A stretch of DNA of 64,000 nucleotides from Trypanosoma brucei (GCA_000002445.1 CM000207.1:96001-160000); one strand, 5' to 3'. Shown: positions 12,841 to 26,612, counted from the first letter of the stretch. A program made the numbers and translations. Notes: generated from the letters alone by a model not told the origin.

Positions 12841-14449
12841 ATGTTTAATTCAAGGAAGAAACAAGAATTTACTCATAATGAAAATAACAACACGGACCCT
12901 AGGAGTTTCAGGAATATTCTTTTGCCTATTGGAGCTCTAAGGGCAGGCAACGTCTGTGAGCTTGAAAATGCACAACAGTTCAATAACTTATTCAAGCTAA
13001 TGAGACTTCCTGAGGCCGATATTACACTAGATGTGGCGGCTGACTCAGCAGACAGCTTGTACCAAGAAATGTTACAGCTGAACATGTCAGTAGCCGACGA
13101 CCACTGGAAAAATCAGATGGCAGTAGCGCAGAAAGGTAAGACAGCGACTGACATAGCCAAAAACGTTTCGCTGCAAGTCAAAGACATAGATGGCACATGG
13201 ACAACACACAGGGACAAATGGGTAGACACTTACGCCGCAATCAAAGACGATAGCAAAACGCCACAGAAAATAAAGCAAGCGAGCCTGAAAAGCCACTCAG
13301 CTCATCAAAAAGCAGCAGCTGAGATAGCCATAAGGCAGCTGGTGCACAAAGCAGCCATCTACAAAAGTGAACTCGACAAGCTGAAAGCCACAACAGAAAA
13401 AGTAACAGCAGAACAAGCCAAAAGCAGTTTATGGAGGTGACGGTGCAGCACCGTGGTACGACACTGCTCGAGCGTGGAGCAGCTACACCCAGACAAGATC
13501 AAACGACTGTACAGAAGCAAAGGCAACGACCGCAGCGGCAACCCTGCTATGTATATGCGCCAAGGACAACAACGGCGACAACACAGAACCTTGCATTCGG
13601 ACTCAGTCAGCAAGCAACACCTGGACATCGGGCAGCACGACAAACCTAAAAACCGCGTTTGACGAGATATTAGCACACTGCCCGAAAATAAAGACAATCA
13701 AACTGACACCGGAATTTCTAGAGCAAATAGCAGCGGACCTCCGGTATGACATCAAAATAATTTCTGGTGCAGGTTATTTTGGGGCATTCAGCGCAAACAA
13801 CTGCGGCGGCCGCAGCAAACAAGGCCTGTGCGTCAAGTACAGCGGCTACACAGCAGACCCAACGACGCACAACAAAAAGTTACCTTGGGTTGATGACATA
13901 GAGGCACTGACAGCTGAACTGCGCGAGCAGCGGCAGGCCATCACCGACTTCAACCGACTTCATGAAGCACTCAAAACAACACGTCAATCTGCTTTTGCAA
14001 TAACAACCATCATGGCTGGCTACAAACCGCCGGCAGCTGCAGAGGCAGAAAAACATATTCCGACGGAAACAAGTAACAAGAGAGTCCAAACGGAAAAAGA
14101 GTGCAATAAGATAGACAAAGACACAGATTGCACAGCAACCCCAAAATGCAAATGGGATACCAAAGAAAAGGATGAGAAAAAAAGGTGCACATTGAGTGAG
14201 GAAGGCAAAAAGGAAGTACAGCAGGCAGCAGAAAGAGCAGAAGAACCACAAACTGGGTGTGCAAAACACGGAACCGATAAGACAGCTTGTAAAAATGACA
14301 AAACAGGCGACAAGCAGAATTATGCATTAAGATAGTCCAAAAATGATGAAGAGGACAAAGAAACAGAGAAATGCCGAAATAGTATCTTTCTTGTAAACAA
14401 GAAAATTGCCTTGATGGTTTTTGCTTTTATGAGTTTGTTAGCATTTTAG
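12841..14449 (+). pseudogene. VSG: VSG pseudogene (B-type-like). The N-terminus is damaged and there are multiple frameshifts.
   Basis: ORF 12841-13440 has no signal peptide but has the VSG motif ..NMSVADDHWKNQ.., and continues in other frames (13431.., 13453..). C-terminal-domain ORF 14012-14335 carries ...CNKIDKDTDCTATPKCKWD...GCAKHGTDKTACKNDKTGDKQN. Tail CRNSIFLVNKKIALMVFAFMSLLAF* ends at 14449. Confidence 0.8.
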
Positions 14450-14734
14450 CATTTTAAAACTCTAGGAATTTTTATTCAATTTTTGAAAATTTGTAAAATT
14501 TAATATATCGAGAGAATATGCCAAAATCTGCTAAAATTTAATTTACTTTACTCTCTTTTTGATGAAAATGTGCGAATTAGTGAAAGCTTTGTAAATATAT
14601 AAAATTTAACATTTTATTGAAATGTGTATGGTAGGTTCATATGGCTGCAAAACAGTAAGCTAATAGGGTGTAAGAAATGGGTACTGTATTAATTTGTTTA
14701 TTTTGGTTATTTTGTATATTTTATGGATATTTTT

Positions 14735-14810
14735 TTTGTGTTATAGTAGTAATGGTATCCCTATAGGGGTGTGTGGTGAGCGTGCATATACTAATATTAT
14801 TTAAATGTGG
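14735..14810 (+). repeat. 70-bp repeat (degenerate)
   Basis: gtagtaatggtatccctataggggtgtgtggtgagcgtgcatatactaatattatttaaatg. Confidence 0.7.
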
Positions 14811-16158
14811 ACGTGAAAACTAAATTTCAGGTTATAATAGAGGGAGTTAAATGATAATAATTGTGTAACTGAAGTGAATGAACACGATATAGAGATGGCT
14901 CAAAGAATATTTTTAGTAGGAAGGAAAAAAGACAAAGGGAAACGATATGAAGATTCGCAGTTTTGACCAAAATAGTGACAATGATTGCAATCGCCATACA
15001 GAAAGAAATTATGGAGAAACGGAATAAATGTTACTGAAAAACTGAGGTGTTAATGCATGACACAAAAATGTAGAGTTATCGGAAGTCATCTAAAACCAGA
15101 ATTGTCAATACGTTGTCAAGAATCGTTTGACGAATTTACTATTTTCTTTTAGAGAACTATAATAAATACGTATAAACGTAATATAGATAGTTCAGCTAAA
15201 AACCAAGGAAATTAGACAAAAAGTGCGGCTACGAACAGAAACAGCAATCAGCCTATAATTTTATCCAGGCTTTTGGTGTGTGCTACAAACCAAAACCAAA
15301 TTAAGACAGACTAGCTGGTCGAGGAACAATGCCTCCAACCATCAGAGGAACCTCAGCCACAAAAGTGTTGTTGCAGCACAATATAGCGTAGAAACACTGA
15401 GTCTAGGCGATCTCTACACTAAGAAACATTGAAAATGTTATAATATAGAAGCAAGAAATTGTTTTTTCTAGAATGAAGCCGTGTAAAGGCGAGAAAAGTA
15501 AGTCTAAATTTTAAATTTAGGAGATTATAAACATAATTACTTGCAACAAGGCAATTGAGTCGTTATTGTGGCAACCAAACCACTTTAGAGAAATCATTTA
15601 TAATAATTATTTTATCTTTCACACAGCTTTGTGTATATGTAACTTAAAAAAAGAAATAAACAGATTTTATCTCGATCGGAAACTTGTTCATGTACAAAAT
15701 TTACCTTGAAAAAATTTTCATGGTGCCCGTGGTTTTCTGTAGTGAAACTACCGTTTACTTAGATTTAATATATTTAACATACAATCATTTAAAGTGAAAA
15801 TTTAAATATTTTAATGATGTAGTCACTTATCTTCATTAATAGAAATAAATTGAACACACCGTAATTTGTTATACGAACTAAGACCGATTTTCGTTTATTC
15901 ACTTTTTGAAGGTTCTTTCATCCAAATAAGTTATATATTTAAAAACCTATAGTGGCATGGCGGAGGTGCTTTGTCAGCACTAGCATGATATTAATTGTTC
16001 ATGTGCAGTGTTTTGAGAACGGTGCTCAGTCTTTTAGAAATTTCTCAAATCGTTGCTATGCCATCCGCAACAGCAGTAACGAAACTACATCTAAACTCTT
16101 TTTCAACCTTTTTCAGCGCCTCGGAGGAGTTGTAGTTTAAGACCCATGCAAATAAGCC

Positions 16159-17532
16159 ATGAAATTATGTATTTTCCGTTCCGTTTTTATAGCAGTATTG
16201 CAAATTTTTGAAATAGGGGCAAGTGGTGCTGCACCACCTGGAGAAAATGCGGCAGAATTTGCCGCAGTATGCAGTTTAGTTCAGTTCGCTAAAGCAAAGA
16301 TTCCACCAGCGTCTGAACCTCAAGAAATCCAGAAGATCATCAACACATTGTCGGCGATCAACTTCACACTAATGGATGATCTGACAAGATCAACAGTTGA
16401 AAAGAACAAGTAGAAAACCTGAGAACAAATTCAATCTGAACACACAGGGGAGACATTATATTTCGGCGACCATTAGGACAAGTGGACTCGAGTAGCTAAA
16501 CTGCCGGAAACTGACCCCGAGGCTCTGGCCCTGAAAGACTGGGAACGACACAGAGCTAACAACAACTTAAAAAAACAGATTAAAAGCCTACTATAGGAGG
16601 CACTCGCGCTGGACAAAGAAGCAGCGAACGCCAAAGAAGACCTCAAAGTGGCGAGCATAACGAACCTCCAAGAAGCAGCGCTATACGGCAGTCCTGGAAA
16701 ATCGGTGGAGCTGAAAACCACGGACGACCGCAAAGGATACTTCGGCAAAGGCAGCACAGACGGGGCGGCGGCCGGCGTAGGTGCCACGGACTCACTCTAC
16801 GCGACAATACTTTGTCTATGCGCTGGGGCGACCGGCGACGAGGCGGGCGGCAAAGGCTGCTGCCTTGACTGCCAGTCAGGGGCGAATGGGGCAGCATGGA
16901 CGCCAACCAGCGCCGGCAAGGCCAGAGCCGAATTTCTAGCATCAAAGTGCCCGGCAGCCTTGATACCCGAACATCCAACAACGACAGAACTAAATCACCG
17001 GCTACGGGCCGTCTACAAGCTGGCACTAGGCACCACGAGCAACACCCAGACGATTAAATATACTGTCGGAAAAGTATCAGGCACGGGTGAAGACGGTTGT
17101 GGCGGGGAAGTCACGGGAACGATAGGCAGGTGCGTCAAATACACTGCCGAGCAAATTCTTGAAGACGAAGCCTCGCTCAAGTAGCGACAAAGCCTCAAAG
17201 CCGCCGCCAAACTTTATGACAAGCAAGCGCAGGCTAAAATAACAATGTATAGACTGGCAGACAAGCTAAGACTGATAAACGCAACAGCGGCCGCACTGTA
17301 GCACACCACACTCACTTAAACCCAAATATAGCCAATGAGCAGAACTGACGCGGCCACCAAACCAACTACAAGCTGCAGCGAACGCAAAAGCAACAAAAGC
17401 ACATGTGAAAATACAGGTAAATGCAAATGGGATGGAACTGAAGAAACCAAAGGAACATGCAAACCTAAAGAGGGAGCAGGAAAGACAAACACAGCAGGAA
17501 CAGAGGGAGCTGCAGCAACGAATGTCGAATAA
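16159..17532 (+). pseudogene. VSG: VSG pseudogene (B-type). Frameshifts are present and no GPI tail is recognisable.
   Basis: Signal peptide MKLCIFRSVFIAVLQIFEIGASGAAPP at ATG 16159. ORF 16648-17184 has GYFGKGSTDGAAAGVGATDSLYATILCLCAG..CCLDCQSG. C-terminal domain CSERKSNKSTCENTGKCKWDGTEETKGTCKPKEG ends at 17532 with no hydrophobic tail. Confidence 0.8.
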
Positions 17533-18004
17533 AAAAATGCTCTGAAAAAAAAAAGACAAATGATTTCAAAGACGGTTAAAAATGGGATGGAACAAAATGC
17601 AAATATAATTATGACTAACCTAACTTGGTATGGAAAGTTTGAAATGACCAAGAAAAAAAGCAACCTGAATCTGTGGAATTTAAAAACTCTAGAAGTTCCG
17701 GGAGAGAGATTAGATTTTACTTATGAGAGTGTTTGAGCTGACGCCTTTAAGGAAGAGGATTTGTTCAAACTATGGAAAGTGTGACCAAAAAAATAACAAA
17801 TATAATTTTGTGATTGTAAATTGATTCATACTTTATGTAGAAGAGTTGAACGACTTGAGTAAATTACTGTTATCATCAGTGACAACCATTTCTTACACGC
17901 ACACACGAAGATACAGAAGCTACATACCACCTCAAAGATTTTACGTATCAAAGGAATAATCAACAGGGAAAACGACAGAAATTAGTCTTGACTTGTGGCG
18001 AAGC

Positions 18005-19469
18005 ATGCGCATCCAAATACTCGTGAAAGTGGCAACGGCACTACTAGTACAGGCGTCACTAAACGCACCGTTCACTTTGGACGACACCAACATAGGCAGA
18101 AAAGTCACGATGGCCTGCGATGCTATGCAGTATCTGGATGCCAATACTGCCAAATACGCCGACAAAGTCCAAGAGCTGACAGCCGCGTTAGAACAGAATA
18201 TACATACACTAAAAATGTAGAAACTTCAGCACTGTAGAACAACAGGTTACGATATAAAAGCTGTCCAAGCACTCATAAGCTACCGCAACATTAATGTTAC
18301 AACAAGCAGGCAGCGTAGCAGTGGTCTCTCAAAAAGCTTTGTCCTCATCGGCCACAACAAGAAAGCAAATTGGGGTCACCTCACTATTCAGCGTCCTACA
18401 GGAGACAACTTTCAATGACGCGGATACAGCGATAACAGAAACGGCAGAAAGAACAACCCAGTCACAGTTAAGCTAAAACTAACAGCTAACTCAGGGGCAG
18501 CATGCAAAGTAGCCGAACGAGGCAAAGTAGGGGACAAAATGCATCTCCTGGGAAGCAGCAAACAGACCAACATTCCGTTGGTAGTAGACGCAACACTGCA
18601 GCCGACAAACCCAACACCTTCGCCGCAAATGAAATGCGGCGGCAAACCAAGCAGAACGAGCCCGCAATAGACGAGCGCGGCCCAAGCAGCCGGTTGCTCC
18701 GCAGAAACGCAGCCCGGCCTGATTTCGTTTTCCATGAGCAGCGGCAAAATTTCGGCAAGCAATCGGTGACCAAAACTTAAATAAAAGACGAAGCTGCTGG
18801 TGCTGGCCCTTGTCCAACAGACGAAGACATACGGAAGACAACCATCCCGACAGAGAAACAAGTACGCGCAGCAATATGCAAAGGGGACGACATTCTGGAA
18901 ACAGCAGCAGGGAAGCTAGACCAGCTCAGCCAAGCAGACCTCAAAACCAAAACGCCGCTCAAGGAAGCGACCCAAGCAATGTTTGACTTAAGTACAGACG
19001 ATGAAGACGCTTACAACAAATTGATCACTAAACTATACACCGGTAACGAAAAAAAATTCAAAAAACGTTTATAACCAACCCCGGAAAACAGACAACAGAA
19101 TATGAAGTCGGCAAATCGAAGGAGAGAAAGGCGCTCAATGAGCTGGAGAAGGAGGCGAATTTTGCATCTGGCCTTGGTCATCTTACCAAAACAGACTATA
19201 GGAACCGTAACGCAAAGGCCAAACCCGATACACAGAAGGCCATCGCAGAGGAAAAAACAGAGGAAAATAAATGTGAAAAGAAAACAACAGGGGTAAATTG
19301 TTATACTTCTGATAGTCTTGAGAAATGCAATGCTGTCCAAGGAAATGCCCCTCAGGGTAACAAAGCTCCTTGTGGATGGACAGGAGGCAAGTGCAAAGAT
19401 TCCAGTTTTCTTGAAAGTAAGAAATTTTTACTGATTGCCGCTGCCATTAGTAGGTTGGTAGAATTTTAG
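18005..19469 (+). pseudogene. VSG: VSG pseudogene, heavily degenerate, directly abutting the previous VSG with no intervening 70-bp repeat
   Basis: ATG 18005 (the track's start at 17993 is TTG). MRIQILVKVATALLVQASLNAPFTLDD... with many stops. C-terminal domain ..CEKKTTGVNCYTSDSLEKCNAVQGNAPQGNKAPCGWTGGKCKDSSFLESKKFLLIAAAISRLVEF* ends at 19469. Confidence 0.75.
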
Positions 19470-19624
19470 AATTTTAAGGAGTTTTGCTCAGTTTACTGAA
19501 ATTTATGAAAAGTTTTAACTTTTTTATATTTTAGCAGATTTTGTTGTGAAAAATGAGTAATATTATTATTTTGTTTCTTTCCTTATTTTATTGATGTATG
19601 TTGGTGTATAATAGTAGCTCTACT

Positions 19625-19700
19625 GATAATTATAATAATAATCATAATAGAATAGTGTTGTAAGTGTGTATATACGAATATTATAAAAAGAAGGGTGGTA
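19625..19700 (+). repeat. 70-bp repeat
   Basis: ctgataattataataataatcataatagaatagtgttgtaagtgtgtatatacgaatattataaaaag. Confidence 0.9.
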
Positions 19701-20482
19701 AATATCAAATGAAGGGTCAAAATTGAAACCCGAGAGATAATGAAAATGATGTAATGGGAGTATTTTAGTAAGGAAAATATTATTGAAAGAAAGGTAGAAG
19801 GACCGAGAAGGAAATCGAGACAAAGGGAATATGAGGATTTTCAAACGACAGTATGATTATGAGCGTCGTCGTACAGATGGTATCTGTGGAGCGAATAAAG
19901 GGGGAGAAACAAAGTGTAGCGGACTGGATTAATGAAGTAGCTGCATCTTACATTGAACTAGCAATAAAATATGAAAAATAAGGAATGAAAATACAGATAA
20001 TCAGAAGTGGATAAGAGGCAGTACGACACCGGATAAAATGGTACAGAAACCTTTTAAGACCTGTATTTCAGTGAAAATTGGATAGATTCTTTTGCAGAGA
20101 TGATGGTTCTGGCAGTGGCTTTTTTGTGATGGTGTAACCTAATGCACATTTGCAACAAAGTATGAACATAATCAGGAAGATGAAAGCATTTTTATGTAAT
20201 TGCGACAGAATGGTGAATTTCCTTCTTTCTTGATATATTAATAATGGCTAACACTTGCGGTATAGATGTAATATTATGCGGAAGAGGAATTTTAAAACTG
20301 TAGCTACTAATTCATTAAAATGGAAAGAAAAAGTGAAATAAATACGTATAACCTGCTTGAACAAGCTACTGTCTGCATCTTTAGGATGGATTTTTTTTGA
20401 GGTTCAGGAGTTTGAAGATGACGCCCCATAGCTTCTTTATTGTTTCTCGGTTTAAACCACAAGAGCATTCAAAGACCTCGTA

Positions 20483-20496
20483 ATATATATATATAT
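20483..20496. repeat. (TA)7 microsatellite
   Basis: taatatatatatatatatgg. Confidence 0.85.
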
Positions 20497-20894
20497 GGTT
20501 TATCGCAGAACTAATAGCAGCACCACGCATGTGCAGAGAGAAAGCAGCTCGACCAGCTCCTTTAACAGCGACGTAACGCAGGCTCAGGAAAAAACGCTAT
20601 ACACCACATACACCTTTCAAAAAAAACAGAGAAAAAAGGCGAAACGATTAGTGACAAACGGCAAAACTGTCTTGTTATTCCAATCAAAAAGATATCTGCA
20701 TATTAACAGCTAAAAATCTGCAGTGAATAGCATAAATTTTAGCCATTTTATAAGATATAGATAAAGATCAAGGTAGATTGTATTTATAAAGTGAAAATTC
20801 TTGGAGTAAGCTTCATGCATTTTATGACTCAGAAAAAACAAAAAAATCAAAATATACTCCCTTTTTATTCTTCTTGAAATCCAAAACCATCCAC

Positions 20895-20910
20895 TATATA
20901 TATATATATA
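20895..20910. repeat. (TA)8 microsatellite
   Basis: ccactatatatatatatatatagg. Confidence 0.85.
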
Positions 20911-21209
20911 GGCCTGTATGGAAAAAAAATGCAAAACAACAACAAGCACGAAAACCGCAACAAAGCAGCACCACCAAAAGCGACGACACCAACCAGTGGA
21001 CAGCTTGCTTGGAAACAACTAAAGCTGCAGAGCAGTCACACTGTCACAGAACCGATACATGAAAATTTCGTTCACTTTAGTAATCCTCAACTTGGCAGCG
21101 CAACTGCCGTTCGAATACATCAAACCCCACAAAAACTGCCACGTCAATGAAACTTGCCTGCAATGTTTTTTCAACAAAAAATAGTCATACAACAACCAAA
21201 TTTGACCAT

Positions 21210-22715
21210 ATGAGGCGCATTGTATTGCTATTTGTTAACCTTTTAGCACACCAAACAGCGGCTCAAGGCGACCACACTAAACAAGAGACCGTGGCAACAA
21301 ACGCATGCAAAGCCGCCAGGACACTACAACACATCAAGCAGCACGTGGCTGACCAACAAAGAAACAAAAAATCGCTTGTCGCTGCGTACCCCACGGCAAA
21401 ACGCAAACTTTTGGCGGTGCTCTTAGTAGAACCAACAGCAGCAATAGCAGGCCCAGCCGCAGCCGTCCTCCACTCACTTGAACAGCAGTACTCCAAACTG
21501 ACATCAGAACTAGCTAAACTCGAAGAGGCAACCAACACATCTGTAAGTTTACTAACAGAATTAGCAGAGGAACAATTGCAGTACGCAAGATTCCAACAAG
21601 CAAAGGTGAAAGACACTGACACTGGAGCCGGGGACATCCAGCAAGCCGGCGCCGCACAAAACATCGAAGTCGACGAACCTCAACAACGGCTGACGAACTG
21701 TGCTGACTTACAGGAAAACGAGAGGGCTGCGACACCGACATGGCTGACACAAGAAAAGTTCACAAAGTTAAAACTGTTTGAACTGAAAGCCGTACCCAAA
21801 GGAGGCGCAGCCAGAGCACCGCTGATGTGCAAAAGATCAGGCTCAACCTGCGTAGGCTCAAACGCAGCGGTAACGGGCCAGACCCCGGCAGGCACCAACG
21901 CAGGGATAGTCGGCGGCAAAATTTACACGGCGACAGAAATCATAGCGTCCAAACTACCCAGTGGTAAATTCGTTGACACCTCTATAACACCAGAGAAGTG
22001 AACAACGGCGACCATCAAAGCGCAGCACGCAGCCACAGGCGATTACCGACTGGAGCACCGCACTAGCAGCACTGTCATCAAAAATAGACGTGTTCAACCC
22101 CGAAACGTTTACAAATACGCCAAGTTTCCGCGAATCCTACACGCTGGCAACCAACAAAAAAATCGGCACATACGATGACAGCACAGATGGCGAAAAAGCG
22201 AAGAACGAAATAAAAAAAATTTACGGAGAAAACGCCAACGAGATGAGGACGAAGTTTTGGCAGAAAGTGGATAACACGCCACTAGCAGGGGCCGCCCTTG
22301 GCACGGACTCAAGTGGCACAATCAAAGATATCACGGACGACAAAACATTAGCAAGAGTGCTTATGTTTTACACTGTTCAATGGTCTAAGAAACTCGACTC
22401 AGCAGCACCAGCTGCAGCAGATAAGTCATTGTCAGACGACAAATGCAAAACCCACGCCACCGAAAAGGCCTGTAAATCAGATGAACAATGCGACTTTGAT
22501 GAGAAAAAAGACCCAAAGTGCTTTCTAAAAGAGAGTGTGACCAAAGACAAGAAGGAAGGGAAAGATGGTAAAACTGACTCAAAGTGCGCAGGCAAAGAAC
22601 AAGGAGAATGCGAGAAGGCAACTTGCTGAAAATGAGAGAATAATGCTTGCAAAGATTTAAGTTTTCTTGTAAATAAAAAATTGGCTCTTCTTTCTGCTAA
22701 TTTTCTGAGTTTGGT
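21210..22715 (+). pseudogene. VSG: VSG pseudogene with a frameshift between the N-terminal and C-terminal domains and a mutated stop after the GPI tail
   Basis: MRRIVLLFVNLLAHQTAAQG signal at 21210 (ORF 21147-22001). ORF 22090-22629 ends in ..CKSDEQCDFDEKKDPKCFLKE...CAGKEQGECEKATC. Tail CKDLSFLVNKKLALLSANFLSLVEF is followed by gag instead of tag. Confidence 0.8.
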
Positions 22716-22914
22716 AGAATTTGAGGCATTTTTTTCTAAAATTTATAAAATTTTAACTCTTTTTGATGAAAATGTTGAAACTCCCAAAACCCAAAATATA
22801 AAATATTGATGTAAATATCACCTCTGAGTGTTAATAATAAATTGGTAGGGTATGAAAAATGAGTGCTATTTTAATTCTACTTATCTTATCAATATTAGTC
22901 AGTCGTATAGGAGT

Positions 22915-22995
22915 GATATAATAATAATAATAACAATGATAGAAGAGTATTGTGAGTGTGTATATACTAATATTATAATAAAAGCAGTGGTGGAA
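22915..22995 (+). repeat. 70-bp repeat
   Basis: gatataataataataataacaatgatagaagagtattgtgagtgtgtatatactaatattataataaaagcag. Confidence 0.9.
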
Positions 22996-24843
22996 CAGAC
23001 TAAATGCATGATAAAAATTGGATGATTTAATTCAATGGAAAGGGTTCATTTGAAGAGAGAGAAAGGGAGATATAATACGAGTAGTTTCATACACGAATAT
23101 AACGAGGTACATTATTATATACACAGAGATGATGGAGTGGACAATGTGGAAGAGACAGAGTCGACTGTACACGCCAAATGAAGCCACTATGTTATCTGCA
23201 GAAACTGCTATATTAGAGAAAACAGAGGGAAAGAAGATAAAGAGTCAAGGAACTGAATAAGCTGTAGAGTAGCAGAAAAGGAGATGATATAGTATATATT
23301 GTGCCTGTATTTTGATCAAAAATAGATAGAAACTACCTCAAAGATAATTTTAGTGACAACTGCAATTTTTTATGGATTGCTAAACATAGTGTCCAGTTAT
23401 GAAGAATAATAAGCAGAAGGAGAAGCATGAGCAACAAGGCATTTTGTAACTGTGAGGTTATTATGAAGTCTCCTCATATATAGTTATAAGATATAACATT
23501 TATGGACACCAATATTATCATATCTATACGAGGATTTTAGAACTATGACCGCTATTAAATTACTGTGGATATCAAAAGTAACATAAAAACACGGAAGCTA
23601 CATAAAATATAACATGAGTAATATACAAAATAACTCTGTGAAGTAGAGATAATCAGCACTGATACTTCTTCAATTTCGTATTTGTGTGCATTTCAGAAAA
23701 TAACAGCATTCAAAGAGCGCACAATTTACATGTTAGGTTTTGCTGATACAAAAATAACTCAAAAGACTAATAAGACCCAAAAAAAGCTGATTATTGTACA
23801 AAATGTTGTGGAGAGTTATAAACCCACTGATAAATCTAGCATCACAGGAGAAAAGTGGAATAGTGGCCAGATCAGACAAAATAGAATCAGAGATAAACTG
23901 TTATTGCACTGAAAATAGTGTAGAAATAATCAGCCTTACAGTCCATCAGTCGACGGTAAATTGGCAAAATTATTAGACAGAAGTAAGCTGTTCCGACCTA
24001 ACAGTCAAAAGCAATTAAAGAGAAGCCATTCACCATAATCGTTTTTACTCGACACGACTTTCTGTTTCAGCATGCTTAAAGAGAGCAATTAATAAAAAAA
24101 AGGAAATAACAGAAGCAGGTAGATAGCATTTAGGGGTAGTTAGTTGAACTAAAAGATTTAGGAGCTTGGAGTCTAAAACAAAAGCGACGAAACAATCAAG
24201 CATAACTAATCGGACGGACTAAGAGACATTTTTTTCAGAAGCTAATTTACCTGCACAACTTCCTGCCGCTATAACCAATAAGCTGTCGACATTAGACGGA
24301 GAAGTAGCACAGATTCTGAGGAAAAAACACTAAGTTTAACCACATTCTGGATAATTAAAGAACCCTAACTACGACCGCACCTTATTATCAGGCATCTAAT
24401 ACCAGTACCACCTCAGCAATGTATAACACTAGAAAAAACAGGTCGAAACAGATAAAAGCATAGGATGTGCTCAGACACAGGATATATACATAGAAACAGT
24501 TAGCGCGGCCAACAGCACCAACAAAACCTTGCAAGTCCCTTTATAAAAAGCAACGAAAACTTAACATCTTCAGAGCGTGAGTACGAGATTCCTCAGATAA
24601 TAGTCACGCCGTGGAACAAAGGCGCGACAACGCCACCCATACCTTCCAACGGCCCTATAAAAATGAGCGAAACGCAGTAACAAGCGCAGCTGCGTCTTCC
24701 ATAAGATTCAATTCATGAACCAAACCAATGATAATGTATCGGTTTTCATTCCTGATTTCCTCCAGAAAGAAAATATAAGAGTAACCCCTGTAATAGGCCA
24801 GAGGCGCATAGAAGTAGTGACCACCACAAAAGCCGCTGCAGCG

Positions 24844-26541
24844 ATGGCTATGCAAATCGGCTTTTTCTTAGCAATAATCGTTTTAACAACCGGCGTCCAG
24901 GCAGCAAGTGAGAACCAAGCTGAGTTTGGGCAACTTTGTCATCTTTAACAGCTTATGACGAAACCAATAGCTCCGATCACACTAACACAAGGAGCTGGCG
25001 AGGGCACAAAAACAAGCCCACTAGCCGCAGTGCAAAACATTATGGCGAGGGCTCAGAAAATAAACATAAGCGTCGCTGAGGAAGGAATAAGCACTGTCTT
25101 GGTAGACAAAACAAAGTACAAGAACAAAGCCGCTATTGACGTCGACGCGGCAGTGAAAGGCTACTTTACAGACAAAACAGACGACGATATCACTAAACTC
25201 AGGACCAACTGCGAAAAAATAACAACAGCCAGCGGGGATTCAGCGGCGTTTCGAAAAAAATACGGCACACCACTAAACAAACAGCAAAGAGATGCGCTAA
25301 GAGCGTCGATATCAACATTGTATGTCAAACTCATAGGCTTAACAGATAAAATCAAGCAAATGACAGAGAGGGCGGTCAAGCTAATCAGCAGCACTCGAAT
25401 AGATCTATCCAAAGCAGTGTATGGCGATGCGGCAATAACGCCCATTGAAGGTCAGATAAAACCGGCAGCGCCTCTTCCAACTATAACACCCGCAAATTTT
25501 CCCTGGCACAACGCCGGAGACAGAAACGCGGTCCGCAAGACAGCAGGCACGACTGCTAACAAAGCGGGTATGGCACTGGCCACGGATATGCTCTGCCTCT
25601 GCTTAAAACATCAGGCAAGCACTCACGACACCTGCAGCAGCTCTTTCACGCCAAGCCAAGCAACGTACAACACGGGCCGTCAACCAGCGGATGCTGAAGA
25701 AATCTTCGGAAAGCTGGTAGTTGAATGCAAAGGGAACCAGCAGGCGCACTCAATACAACAGCTACCACAGCTTCTCGCAACCGGCGTAGCAGCAGTCAAA
25801 GCAAGCATGGGAACCAACCACGTAAAAGCTGCAGCTGCTGCCACAGACGCACACACACCCGGAACGAAGGCATTTTTCTATGGCCGATTCTTCCCCGGCG
25901 GCGCAGCACCAGCTTGCGACGCCAACCACGCATCGCCAAATGAGACGGCGGCGAAGGGGATATGCATAGACTACAGCGGACTTATGAAGCCAGGATCAGA
26001 CATACCATGGCTCAAGCTAGTACACAGCGGTATAAACCAGCTACAGACAGCGGAAAAAGAAGAAAGTGCGGTCATCTCGCTCGTGGGAGTCGCAGAAGGA
26101 CTGGAAACTCAGATGGGAAGCCTGCTCTTGATGAAAAGTTTATTAACTCTTACAGCAGAAACCTTGCTGACAGCAACGTCTAACCAACCATCAGTAGAGA
26201 AACAGAATAAATGCGCTAAATTCGACAAAAACGAAACGGATTGTACAAATAACAACTGCGACTATGATAACACCACAAAGGAATGCAAATCTAAAGCAGG
26301 AACAGAAAACACAGCAGGAGCAAAAGCAGCTACAACTGGATGTGCGGTGCACAAAGATGAAGCTGCTTGTCATAATTACAAAACAAAAAACAAACAAAAT
26401 TTGCGTGGAGGAAGGGAAAAGATGGTAAAGATGAAAGGTAGACCGATAAATTCCAAAGTGGAAGTTTTTTCGTAAAAAAGAAATTTACATTCATTGCTAC
26501 TGGCTTTGTGAGTTTTGTAGAATTTAGAATTCTGGCATTCT
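24844..26541 (+). pseudogene. VSG: VSG pseudogene. A single in-frame TAA sits between the signal peptide and the mature domain, and there is a frameshift before the GPI tail.
   Basis: MAMQIGFFLAIIVLTTGVQAASENQAEFGQLCHL then TAA (24946-24948), in the same frame as the 506-codon ORF 24955-26475. C-terminal domain CAKFDKNETDCTNNNCDYDNTTKECKSKAG.. The tail KKKFTFIATGFVSFVEF is in another frame. Confidence 0.8.
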
Positions 26542-26596
26542 AAGGATTTCAGACAAGTTTTATGAATTTTATGAATATTTCTGTATTTGTAAACTT

Positions 26597-26612
26597 TGAT
26601 ATATTTTAACAT
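26597..26612 (+). promoter_or_regulatory. VSG 3'-UTR 16-mer
   Basis: tgatatattttaacat. Confidence 0.7.
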
